The position numbers and the translations under genes are program-made. Shown in pieces: positions 49,253 through 56,828 of a stretch of 56,828 bases of DNA. Each line of letters starts with the position of its first letter. Position 1 is the first letter of the stretch. The notes under the pieces were generated by a model that did no database searches, had not been told where the DNA came from, and saw only the letters and a program-made list of their open reading frames with translations. The DNA is from an uncultured virus (IMG/VR IMGVR_UViG_3300042887_000846). Lineage: Duplodnaviria > Heunggongvirae > Uroviricota > Caudoviricetes. The stretch lies in IMG/VR virus record IMGVR_UViG_3300042887_000846, one strand, 5' to 3'.

Positions 49253-49281
49253 TTGACAAGTTCCGATGAAACAGTTATAAT
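49253..49281 (+). promoter_or_regulatory. Consensus sigma70 promoter
   Basis: TTGACA-17 nt-TATAAT. Confidence 0.9.
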
Positions 49282-49314
49282 TTTAATAGAATGATTGTAC
49301 ATTTGACAGATTAC

Positions 49315-49390
49315 GGGACGTTAGCTCAGTTGGTAGAGCAGTAGACTTTTAATCTATTGGTCACAGGTTCAAATCCTGTACGTCCTACCA
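49315..49390 (+). tRNA. tRNA-Lys(TTT)
   Basis: GTAGA-CTTTTAA-TCTAT, CCA. Confidence 0.94.
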
Positions 49391-49410
49391 TTTTCAGGAT
49401 AAATAAAAAT

Positions 49411-50175
49411 ATGAGTAAGTTGTTGATCACAAGCGGATGTAGTTTTAGTGAATGTCTATCGTCAAGTATCGATACTTGGCCTCGACATCTCACACGTAAA
49501 TTAGAATCGCATGGTTACGATAAGCATATCAGTTGTGCTATGGGCAGTCAAGGTAATGGATTGATTAGTCGTGGACCAATGTATGAAGTGACCAAAGCAC
49601 TGAAGACTCATAAGCCAGAAGACATTCTTGTCGGCATTATGTGGAGCCACAGCAATCGATTTGATTATCGTTGTGAAGACCCTACCGTATTGAGTTGGGG
49701 TCATGAGAACAAGCATCATTGGATGGTGAATCCACGATCATTTGTAGATGGAGCACCCAATAATTGGGTGATCGGTAATCTACATTGGGATAGTATAGAA
49801 TTCTCAACTCATTTGAAGTATTATCATAGTCATATCGGTTCATCAATATTGAGCCTTGAGCATATATTGCGCACTCAATATTTTTTGAAGTTGAAGAAAG
49901 TTCCATATTTCTTTACAGATTTTATAGACTATAATATAGTTGAGAAAGCATTCTTACATGAACCAGAATTGACTTATCTCATGGATGAATTAGACAAAGA
50001 TCAGTATTTACCCGTAACGAGCGAACACGGTTGGTTGATAGAAAATAGCATGACTAAGGAAGAATATCTTAAAGAACATAATGGTTGGCAGTGGATTCAT
50101 CCTAAGACCCATCATCATAAAGAATTCGTAGATAGAGTTATCTATCCTTGGTTGCAGGATAAAAAGTATATATGA
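49411..50175 (+). CDS. SGNH-like hydrolase/acyltransferase (start moved to MSKLL)
   Basis: SGCSFS, GQGN-like block and C-terminal HP...H. TAAATA lies 5 nt before the ATG. Confidence 0.7.
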   Translation: MSKLLITSGCSFSECLSSSIDTWPRHLTRKLESHGYDKHISCAMGSQGNGLISRGPMYEVTKALKTHKPEDILVGIMWSHSNRFDYRCEDPTVLSWGHENKHHWMVNPRSFVDGAPNNWVIGNLHWDSIEFSTHLKYYHSHIGSSILSLEHILRTQYFLKLKKVPYFFTDFIDYNIVEKAFLHEPELTYLMDELDKDQYLPVTSEHGWLIENSMTKEEYLKEHNGWQWIHPKTHHHKEFVDRVIYPWLQDKKYI

Positions 50176-50180
50176 TTTTT

Positions 50181-50256
50181 CTGCCCGTAGTTCAGGGGAT
50201 AGAACAACAGCCTTCTAAGCTGTGGGTCGCAGGTTCGAATCCTGCCGGGCAGGCCA
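50181..50256 (+). tRNA. tRNA-Arg(TCT)
   Basis: Loop CTTCTAA, ending GCCA. Confidence 0.92.
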
Positions 50257-50270
50257 TAAAGTGAGGACTA

Positions 50271-50894
50271 ATGAGAGTTAAAGTATACAATGACAGCATA
50301 ATTCATTTGATGTTTCCTAATCAAAAGGAACTCACTATGACTTTATCTAGACCTCAAGAATTCTATGAAAGCAATAATTCAAAGTTGCGTAATAGAATTT
50401 TCACGTATGAACAATTCATAGATCATCATACACAAAAAGACGGGTGTTTTGACTACTTCAGTTTTTGGGGTGGTTTTAATATACCTGGGCATATCTTAGA
50501 AGACTTCTTTGACGTTTTTGAATTGACCCAACGTGAAGCAGCGGTTAGGAAAATTACTAAGAGATACAAGCGAAAGCCTTACTATCTGATCGGTACGTTA
50601 GCAAAAGATGATGAGACGATGGTTCACGAACTACTACATGCTCATTATTATTTGGATCCTGTGTATAAACAACAGGTAGATGTGCTAGTGAGGTCTATGA
50701 GTAAGACTCTAAGAGTAGAACTGACCACTGCGTTAAAAACAATGGGTTATGCTAACCATGTGATAACGGACGAAATAAATGCGTACATGGCTAGTAGTAA
50801 ATATAAGTACTTAAAAGAGGAATTAGAATTAGATGTTACGAGGGCTGATATGAAGCCATTCGTAGAGTTGATGAAGACAATAATGCGGCGGTAG
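50271..50894 (+). CDS. Hypothetical protein with an HExxH zincin-like motif
   Basis: VHELLHAHY...DEINAY. SD GAGG. The stop codon lies inside tRNA-Gly. Confidence 0.7.
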   Translation: MRVKVYNDSIIHLMFPNQKELTMTLSRPQEFYESNNSKLRNRIFTYEQFIDHHTQKDGCFDYFSFWGGFNIPGHILEDFFDVFELTQREAAVRKITKRYKRKPYYLIGTLAKDDETMVHELLHAHYYLDPVYKQQVDVLVRSMSKTLRVELTTALKTMGYANHVITDEINAYMASSKYKYLKEELELDVTRADMKPFVELMKTIMRR

Positions 50895-50958
50895 TTTAAT
50901 GGTAGAATGAGAGCCTTCCAAGCTCACGACAAGGGTTCGATTCCCTTTCGCCGCTCCA
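50885..50958 (+). tRNA. tRNA-Gly(TCC)
   Basis: GCG start, loop CTTCCAA, U73, CCA. Confidence 0.9.
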
Positions 50959-50974
50959 AACAAAGGTGAATTTT

Positions 50975-51214
50975 ATGATGGATAGCAAACAAATGGCACT
51001 ACAATATCTCATGGATTCGTGTGATGATATGGCTAGTGCTTGCGAGAAGAATTTAAAGTCGCTCGACAAGAAAAAGACCTTAAGAGATTTAGAACGAAAT
51101 TTTGGTAACTTGCTAGCAAGTATTAAAGAAGTAGTCGAAGCATATAAGTTAGATGAGAACAAAGTTTTTTCCGAAGTAGAGAACTCTATACAAAAACGCA
51201 AAGAATCAATCTGA
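50975..51214 (+). CDS. Small helical hypothetical protein
   Basis: AAGGTG SD before ATG ATG. Confidence 0.55.
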   Translation: MMDSKQMALQYLMDSCDDMASACEKNLKSLDKKKTLRDLERNFGNLLASIKEVVEAYKLDENKVFSEVENSIQKRKESI

Positions 51215-51220
51215 CTTGGT

Positions 51221-52354
51221 ATGAAGATTCTGCGTAAGATAGTCAACATGGATAGTATGCTTTATGATGAGCATAGCCATGACATTTTTGAGAAACATGA
51301 TCATTTCTTTCAACTAGATGATCGCTGGGAATATGTCGATAATATAGAAGACGCAGACATAGTTCCTATATTACCAGCCGGAAAACCTAAACTTGATAAA
51401 TGCTCACTTAGATTGAGAGACGATCAAGTACTATGTATGTTGATGTACTATTTGATAGATGATCACCATGATATATCATTTTTTGAAAATGTGCTAGAAT
51501 ACGCGGGGCATATAGCCAAAAATGTATTGATAGTGCATAAAAATAGTTTATTTAAAAATCATGTTCACGATAACATCGTGCATTATGATTCTATGTTTAG
51601 TATCACTAAGATGTGTTTTACCGAATATGAAAACTATGATTTTACAGACCGTATTTGGAATCTATATTCACATAATGATACATATCGTTTACCGGATATA
51701 AAAAAGAATCTAACTAAAAAATTTATGTGTCCTACGTATGTCTATCAACCATATACACATGCTAGGATGATCTATAGAGCAAAAGTTAGAGAAATCATAG
51801 AACCATATAAAGAATATGGTTATGTGAGTACAGATAAAGTCAAATTGATGCCTAATAGTCCGGTGACTGACCTCATGCTGAATAATATGATGAATAGTAC
51901 TACTATACAATGGTATCCGGTCAGCGATGAATTATATAACTCATCCTGTATCTCAGTTGTATGCGAGACTATAACGGGTTTATGCAATGAGGATAAAAAA
52001 TATAATAAAGTTCAATGTGTCACAGAGAAAACACTAGAACCATTGGCAAAAGGTAATTTCATATTACCATTTGGATATCCCGGATTGATACAAGATGTAT
52101 TAGCATATGGGTTCAAATTACCAGAATGGATAGATTATTCATATGACGATTTACATGACATAGATAAACGATTTAACAAGTTCAAAACGATATTAGATAA
52201 TTTATTAGGTAACATCTCTGTAGACAGATTACAAAAGTTTTGTGAAAGAGATATAGATATATTAGAACACAATAAACGGGTATTTTACTCTAGACCTTAT
52301 GATAATTTATATGATATAATCTTGAGTAAATACAAAGAATTATTGCCCAGGTGA
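51221..52354 (+). CDS. Glycosyltransferase-like protein (ET...TEKT type)
   Basis: ISVVCET...VTEKTLEPL...LPFGYPG...GF...IDYSYD C-terminal motif set. The stop codon lies inside tRNA-Leu. Confidence 0.65.
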   Translation: MKILRKIVNMDSMLYDEHSHDIFEKHDHFFQLDDRWEYVDNIEDADIVPILPAGKPKLDKCSLRLRDDQVLCMLMYYLIDDHHDISFFENVLEYAGHIAKNVLIVHKNSLFKNHVHDNIVHYDSMFSITKMCFTEYENYDFTDRIWNLYSHNDTYRLPDIKKNLTKKFMCPTYVYQPYTHARMIYRAKVREIIEPYKEYGYVSTDKVKLMPNSPVTDLMLNNMMNSTTIQWYPVSDELYNSSCISVVCETITGLCNEDKKYNKVQCVTEKTLEPLAKGNFILPFGYPGLIQDVLAYGFKLPEWIDYSYDDLHDIDKRFNKFKTILDNLLGNISVDRLQKFCERDIDILEHNKRVFYSRPYDNLYDIILSKYKELLPR

Positions 52355-52421
52355 TGGAATTGGTATACGTGTTGGTCTTAGAAGCCAAATTTTGTGGGTT
52401 CGAGTCCCACCCTGGGCACCA
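52345..52421 (+). tRNA. tRNA-Leu(TAG), short variable loop
   Basis: TTGGT-CTTAGAA-GCCAA. The body is nearly identical to tRNA-Leu(CAA). Confidence 0.88.
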
Positions 52422-52433
52422 TTATAAGAGAGC

Positions 52434-53831
52434 ATGATGATAATCACTAGAGATATAATCAATCGTGATATAAAATATTTCGACCGCACACAATTAAATT
52501 TGCATAAGGATTTTGATTTTGCCGGCTTGTCTAGCATGGTCGATGCATATAAAAATCTATTCATGTCTAAGGGCGCTAGTAAAGGCAAAAGCGTAGTCAT
52601 AGGCAATCCTGCTAATACGTCACAGATAGCATTAGTATTAGCATGTGCAGAATTAGGACTCACGATTATGATCGTAGGCAATCCGTTATTGCCGGGCACT
52701 AAACCAGAAGACTATATTCGCATGAGAGGTAATATAGATTCTAAACTAAAAAAATTGTTACCGATAGATTACTTTATATTAGATAATCAGCAAAGCACAA
52801 ATAAGTTTGAGGTGTTTAGTGATGTTTGCAGATACACTATTCTTATAGAAAATGAGAAATTAGATTACACCCCTAACAACACGATATATGCAGACGATAC
52901 TACTTTATTGATAAAATGTACTAGTAGCGGTACTACTGGCGAACCTAAAGTACTATCACATACTCATGCATTCATGTATGAATTAGTACATAGAAATAGC
53001 AAGCAATTTTATGGTAATATGGGAATGCTCAGTAATCTTGCGCACGGTAGCAGTATCGCTGTGTATTTTTTACCGGGACTAGTATCTAAAGATGTAAAAA
53101 GTTATTACAACTTACCTAATATTGATCTAGCGACTATATCAAAGATACTACACAATCAAAATGCATCATTAGATCATTTGCTTATTCCTTATACAGTGTT
53201 CATCGATGATTTTTTTACAACAGATCATAAATTATCAGGTTGTGTGCTACATACTTTAGGTATGATACGCAAGTCTTGGGTGAAAGAATTGTATAGCGGC
53301 AGGATCAAAGACATAGTTAGTATATTTGGAACTAATGAAACTTCAGGTCCCTTCTTATTGAATAAAGCGTCTGATCCTGAATTCGCTGAAGATACATATT
53401 TTGAGATAGATGATTTTTATAAATTAAATCTATCAGGTAATTATGGATTAGAAGTCATAATGCCTATATATGAAACCAGTGTGAGGACACATGATACTTT
53501 CTACAAGCAAGGGAATAAATTTGTGCATGTGGGTAGAAGTAACTTATATCGGATAAATGATTTAGAAATCGATGTCAACAAGTATCAAATAGAAGTTGAT
53601 AGATTGATAAAAGGTGAAATAATAGTAGACACAAAGAAAGATAACATCTATCTTGTGATTTGGGAAGATATAGTAGATTTATCTAAAATCGACTACATCA
53701 ATGCCCGTATGAAGAGTGATAGTAATGGATTGCATTTCATATCCAAATATGCAAAGTTAAATTATTCAGATTATCTCAATGGCGTCAAGATCGATAGAGA
53801 GACGTTGAGGGAATACTTCCGAAATCTTTAA
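52434..53831 (+). CDS. AMP-binding (adenylate-forming) enzyme
   Basis: TSSGTTGEPK, FGTNET, THD, VGRS and GVKIDR. Confidence 0.85.
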   Translation: MMIITRDIINRDIKYFDRTQLNLHKDFDFAGLSSMVDAYKNLFMSKGASKGKSVVIGNPANTSQIALVLACAELGLTIMIVGNPLLPGTKPEDYIRMRGNIDSKLKKLLPIDYFILDNQQSTNKFEVFSDVCRYTILIENEKLDYTPNNTIYADDTTLLIKCTSSGTTGEPKVLSHTHAFMYELVHRNSKQFYGNMGMLSNLAHGSSIAVYFLPGLVSKDVKSYYNLPNIDLATISKILHNQNASLDHLLIPYTVFIDDFFTTDHKLSGCVLHTLGMIRKSWVKELYSGRIKDIVSIFGTNETSGPFLLNKASDPEFAEDTYFEIDDFYKLNLSGNYGLEVIMPIYETSVRTHDTFYKQGNKFVHVGRSNLYRINDLEIDVNKYQIEVDRLIKGEIIVDTKKDNIYLVIWEDIVDLSKIDYINARMKSDSNGLHFISKYAKLNYSDYLNGVKIDRETLREYFRNL

Positions 53832-53893
53832 CCAATTCACTATACATTCTTGTCCGGGCTAGTTATAATATACACAGTTAATCGGAGAATGTT

Positions 53894-54058
53894 ATGAAAA
53901 CGGTTACATTTGAAAACATCTTCAATAAAGAGAGGTTCGAAGTTTTTGGTAAAAAAGATACCAAATTCATCGATGGTATTGAATACTGGAAAGTATTTAA
54001 GCAAGGTACCAAGCGTGAAGTATTAGTACGCAAGGATTACTTGAAAAAGGTTAAATAA
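53894..54058 (+). CDS. Small hypothetical protein (54 aa), not in the ORF track
   Basis: SD GGAG. MKTVTFENIFNKERF...LKKVK. Confidence 0.7.
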   Translation: MKTVTFENIFNKERFEVFGKKDTKFIDGIEYWKVFKQGTKREVLVRKDYLKKVK

Positions 54059-54075
54059 GAAAGACAGAGGACGAT

Positions 54076-54633
54076 ATGGCAGTTTTAGCACTTGATATCT
54101 CAGGAACTCCGCGTCAATGGATCACCAATGATGACGCGATCACTTACCATGCCAAGAGAGCAGTTGCCTGGACATTGGGCAACATCGTAGCAAAATATCG
54201 CGGTGGAGTTCAAAACGATGGTACAGAGTCATATTTGGAAACACCTAGTATTATCGCTATCAAGGGCCATGGATTCAACCCCGCAAGGCATGGGCGTGTC
54301 GCATTGACTAACCGCACACTGTTCGGTCGTGATCGTCATGTTTGTGCATACTGCGGTGGTCATTTCCCTAACGGTAATCACCTTAGCCGGGATCATATCT
54401 TACCTAAGAGTCGCGGTGGTGTTGATGACTGGATGAACGTAGTAACAGCATGTAAGAAATGTAACACTCATAAAGGTAGCAAGACTCTAAAAGAAGCAAA
54501 ACTTGAATTGATCTATGTGCCATATGCACCTAATCACTTTGAGAATCTAATCTTACAGAATAGGAACATCCTAGCAGACCAGATGGAATATCTACTGTCA
54601 GGGGTACCTAAACATAGTAGGATTATCAATTGA
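54076..54633 (+). CDS. HNH endonuclease
   Basis: RDRHVCAYCG, DHILPKSRGG and NVVTACKKCN..KG. Confidence 0.92.
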   Translation: MAVLALDISGTPRQWITNDDAITYHAKRAVAWTLGNIVAKYRGGVQNDGTESYLETPSIIAIKGHGFNPARHGRVALTNRTLFGRDRHVCAYCGGHFPNGNHLSRDHILPKSRGGVDDWMNVVTACKKCNTHKGSKTLKEAKLELIYVPYAPNHFENLILQNRNILADQMEYLLSGVPKHSRIIN

Positions 54634-55184
54634 GTTTATTGTACTCCATATATGGTTATTTTGGACATCTATGCGAAGTCCCGAAAGATGTCCTTGATAA
54701 CCTGCATGAGAATTACGAATATGTGACGCAAAACGTTCATACAAACATGAGGAACACTACTTACAAGCAGTGGTTCCTGCAAGATACAAAGACAGAAGAT
54801 GTATTTACATATAATGATGCAGATTGGACTGTATGGAATGATCAAGACAGGCTTAGACGTACTAAAGATTTTTTCAATCAGTACGTGTCAGAGATATTTC
54901 GATTTAGATTTTCGTTCTTAGAAAAAAATAACAGCGTTGATTTTCATTCGAAGCACATGTTGCCCAGAATTCATATACCATTGAATGATAACGATTCCTA
55001 TTTTGAAGTCATAGATGAGAAAGGAAATACGCATTCGTATAAATTAGAATATGGACATGCACATTTCATCAATGTGACATATAAACATCGTGTAGTAGGT
55101 TCAAACTCTAACGCAAGAAAGAACAGTTTTTTCTGTTTTAAAGAGTTCTCAGATAGAAAAATCGCAGAGAAGTTTTTAAAATAA
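54630..55184 (+). CDS. Cupin/2OG-Fe(II) oxygenase-like protein
   Basis: DFHSKH..RIHIPL...INVTYKHRVV...R. Confidence 0.65.
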   Translation: MSLLYSIYGYFGHLCEVPKDVLDNLHENYEYVTQNVHTNMRNTTYKQWFLQDTKTEDVFTYNDADWTVWNDQDRLRRTKDFFNQYVSEIFRFRFSFLEKNNSVDFHSKHMLPRIHIPLNDNDSYFEVIDEKGNTHSYKLEYGHAHFINVTYKHRVVGSNSNARKNSFFCFKEFSDRKIAEKFLK

Positions 55185-55198
55185 TATATAGTATAGAA

Positions 55199-55274
55199 GC
55201 CCACTTAGCACAGCTGGTAGTGCAACTGATTTGTAATCAGTAGGTCGGCGGTTCGAATCCGTCAGTGGGCACCA
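55199..55274 (+). tRNA. tRNA-Thr(TGT)
   Basis: Loop TTTGTAA, CCA. Confidence 0.94.
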
Positions 55275-55279
55275 TTTTT

Positions 55280-55909
55280 ATGATCATAAATACAGAAAAT
55301 TTTCGCAGGATAGTAGGGGCAAAGATAGTAGGCTTTGACCCCTATTGTCGTTATGCTAGGGAAAGACATATAGCATACGTGCATATTCCTAAAAACGCTA
55401 GCAAGATAATCATGGCTGCATTGAATGATTATACGGATATAGTACTTGAAGATAGAAATCCAGTTGATGTACAATTAGAAGACCCTGATGCTAGGTTTAT
55501 AGTAGTGTTGCGCAACCCATTAGAAAGATGGTATAGTGGTATACTACAGTACCTAGAAAATATCAATTATCGTGAAGGACTTAAGAATCCTAAAGTGTTG
55601 CGCATGATATGTGACGGCTTAGATTTTGATGTACATACACAATTGCAGATAGACAAGTTAGATGGGTTAGATACAGACCGTTGTGTATTTTTCAATGCTG
55701 ATGATTCATCCTTCAATCAAAAACTGATAGACTTTTTCAGCAAAGAGTTAGACTACGAGATAAAACTTCCGGAAAAAACGGTTAGTTATGATATAGATAA
55801 TCTAAACTATATCAGAGATTTTATTAGAGAGAATCCTGAGACATTAGAAAAGATCAAAAAGTATTATAAACCCGATTTTATGCTGTTTGATAAAGTAGCA
55901 TTTGTATAA
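55280..55909 (+). CDS. Sulfotransferase-family protein (start moved downstream of the tRNA)
   Basis: YVHIPKNAS (5'-PSB), VLRNPLERWYS (3'-PB) and YKPDF.LF. Confidence 0.8.
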   Translation: MIINTENFRRIVGAKIVGFDPYCRYARERHIAYVHIPKNASKIIMAALNDYTDIVLEDRNPVDVQLEDPDARFIVVLRNPLERWYSGILQYLENINYREGLKNPKVLRMICDGLDFDVHTQLQIDKLDGLDTDRCVFFNADDSSFNQKLIDFFSKELDYEIKLPEKTVSYDIDNLNYIRDFIRENPETLEKIKKYYKPDFMLFDKVAFV

Positions 55910-56000
55910 GTTTTGTACTATACAAAAACTATACTTTTTGGCCTGGCTGTATAAATAGACTTGACACGGGGACGTGTCCATGCAGTACAGGAGTAGTACA

Positions 56001-56246
56001 ATGAAGAAGATAGCAGTAGCAACATTGGCTTTGTTTTCGACTCTAGCATTCGCTCAGGATCGTGTAGCAAAGTTTGATAGAGATGAAGACGGCAAAGTAG
56101 ATATAGTAGAGTTAAGAAAGTCGTGCGATGTATCACACAATCTGTTCGAAAAAGCAGACAAGAACGGTGATGGTGCATTGAGCAATTCTGAGATGAGAAC
56201 AGCCAAGGCTTATCTCTTCACCAAATGCGATGAGAAAGTTGCTTAA
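56001..56246 (+). CDS. Secreted EF-hand protein (start moved to MKKIA)
   Basis: Signal peptide ending AFA. EF loops DRDEDGKVDIVE and DKNGDGALSNSE. SD AGGAG, with TATAAATA at about 55950. Confidence 0.85.
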   Translation: MKKIAVATLALFSTLAFAQDRVAKFDRDEDGKVDIVELRKSCDVSHNLFEKADKNGDGALSNSEMRTAKAYLFTKCDEKVA

Positions 56247-56274
56247 TTTAACAACCATCCTCCAGAGGGTTGTA

Positions 56275-56300
56275 GGGCGGTAGCGATATCGCCCTTTTTT
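56275..56300 (+). terminator. Intrinsic terminator
   Basis: GGGCGGTA-GCGA-TATCGCCC followed by TTTTTT. Confidence 0.85.
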
Positions 56301-56339
56301 ATTGCATTAGTTTTAAATTAATATATAATGAATATAGTT

Positions 56340-56416
56340 CGGAGTGTAGCACAGCCTGGTAGTGCGTCTGCTTTGGGAGCAGAAGGTCCAAGGTTCGAAT
56401 CCTTGTACTCCGACCA
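56340..56416 (+). tRNA. tRNA-Pro(TGG)
   Basis: C1-G72 pair, loop TTTGGGA, CCA. Confidence 0.93.
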
Positions 56417-56428
56417 GTTTTACAATTT

Positions 56429-56503
56429 GCGGGATTAACTCAGTGGTAGAGTAGCGCCTTTACACGGCGAATGTCGGGAGTTCGACCCTCTCATCCCGCA
56501 CCA
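56429..56503 (+). tRNA. tRNA-Val(TAC)
   Basis: Loop TTTACAC, CCA. Confidence 0.93.
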
Positions 56504-56504
56504 A

Positions 56505-56828
56505 TCAACTAAAGTCCTCATATGTGTCATCTCTCACAGTATCAAGGGTGGCGCAATGAGGACCACCGCTTAATGTGCGGCAATGACGCATACGAACCGG
56601 CATTATATCAAAACCGTTCGCTTCTAGTTGTTTTATGAGATTAGTCTGACGCTCTTCTACAGCGATGAGTTTATCACTGAGGCTGAGGATGTTCATGCCT
56701 AACCAAGGACTTGCAGCCGCCCAATGCTCTTCATATGGAGTCTCAATCGGATCCGCCGCATAGATTTTCTTCCATGATTTAAAGAAAGAGGGAAGGTTAT
56801 TCTCATTGACACGCTTAGGATTTAATAA
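56505..56828 (-). CDS. Amidinotransferase family protein, C-terminal part (truncated by the window edge)
   Basis: The frame is open to the window end. Motifs LLNP.RV, WLGMNILS and RTLSGGPHCATLD.VR. Confidence 0.85.
   Translation of the reverse strand, partial: LLNPKRVNENNLPSFFKSWKKIYAADPIETPYEEHWAAASPWLGMNILSLSDKLIAVEERQTNLIKQLEANGFDIMPVRMRHCRTLSGGPHCATLDTVRDDTYEDFS

Noticed and set aside
44007..52699. Short ORFs spanning tRNA clusters (for example 44007, 44171, 45785, 45877, 46899, 46998, 47481, 49087, 52340)
   Set aside because: They are translations of tRNA genes or their complements.
54076..54633. HNH gene as part of a mobile intron or defence system
   Set aside because: It is free-standing with its own SD, interrupts no gene, and has no recognisable partner genes.
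1..56828. Alternative genetic code (stop-codon reassignment)
   Set aside because: Conserved genes (gp23, nrdA, nrdB) are full length in the standard code, all three stop codons end genes, and no suppressor tRNA was found.

Overview
This is a 56.8-kb segment of a large T4-like (gp23-type capsid) dsDNA phage, probably infecting a proteobacterium (inferred from sigma70 promoters and IscU/AhpC-type genes). In order it contains: the head module (gp21, gp22, gp23); four long Asn/Thr/Gly-rich fibre-like genes; a tandem array of 11 LamG/ConA-like paralogues plus one fibrinogen-like gene; nrdA-iscU-nrdB-glutaredoxin; a PAAR gene, two large unknown genes and a SleB-type hydrolase; an ahpC...ahpD operon; and a ~13-kb array of 26 tRNAs covering all 20 amino acids, interleaved with modifying enzymes and several unexplained structured non-coding blocks. 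The most notable signal is an unannotated 39-codon ORF (43232-43351) at the head of the tRNA array. It encodes all 20 amino acids with 33 different codons and overlaps mutually exclusive antiterminator and terminator hairpins. This looks like a transcription attenuator that would switch on the phage tRNA set when almost any host tRNA is lost. Other findings are apparently leaderless late genes (TAAATA-N5-start codon), a tRNA-Thr(AGU), two short-arm tRNA-Leu genes, and stop codons embedded in tRNA genes. All calls come from reading motifs and base pairing by eye; no database searches or folding programs were run.
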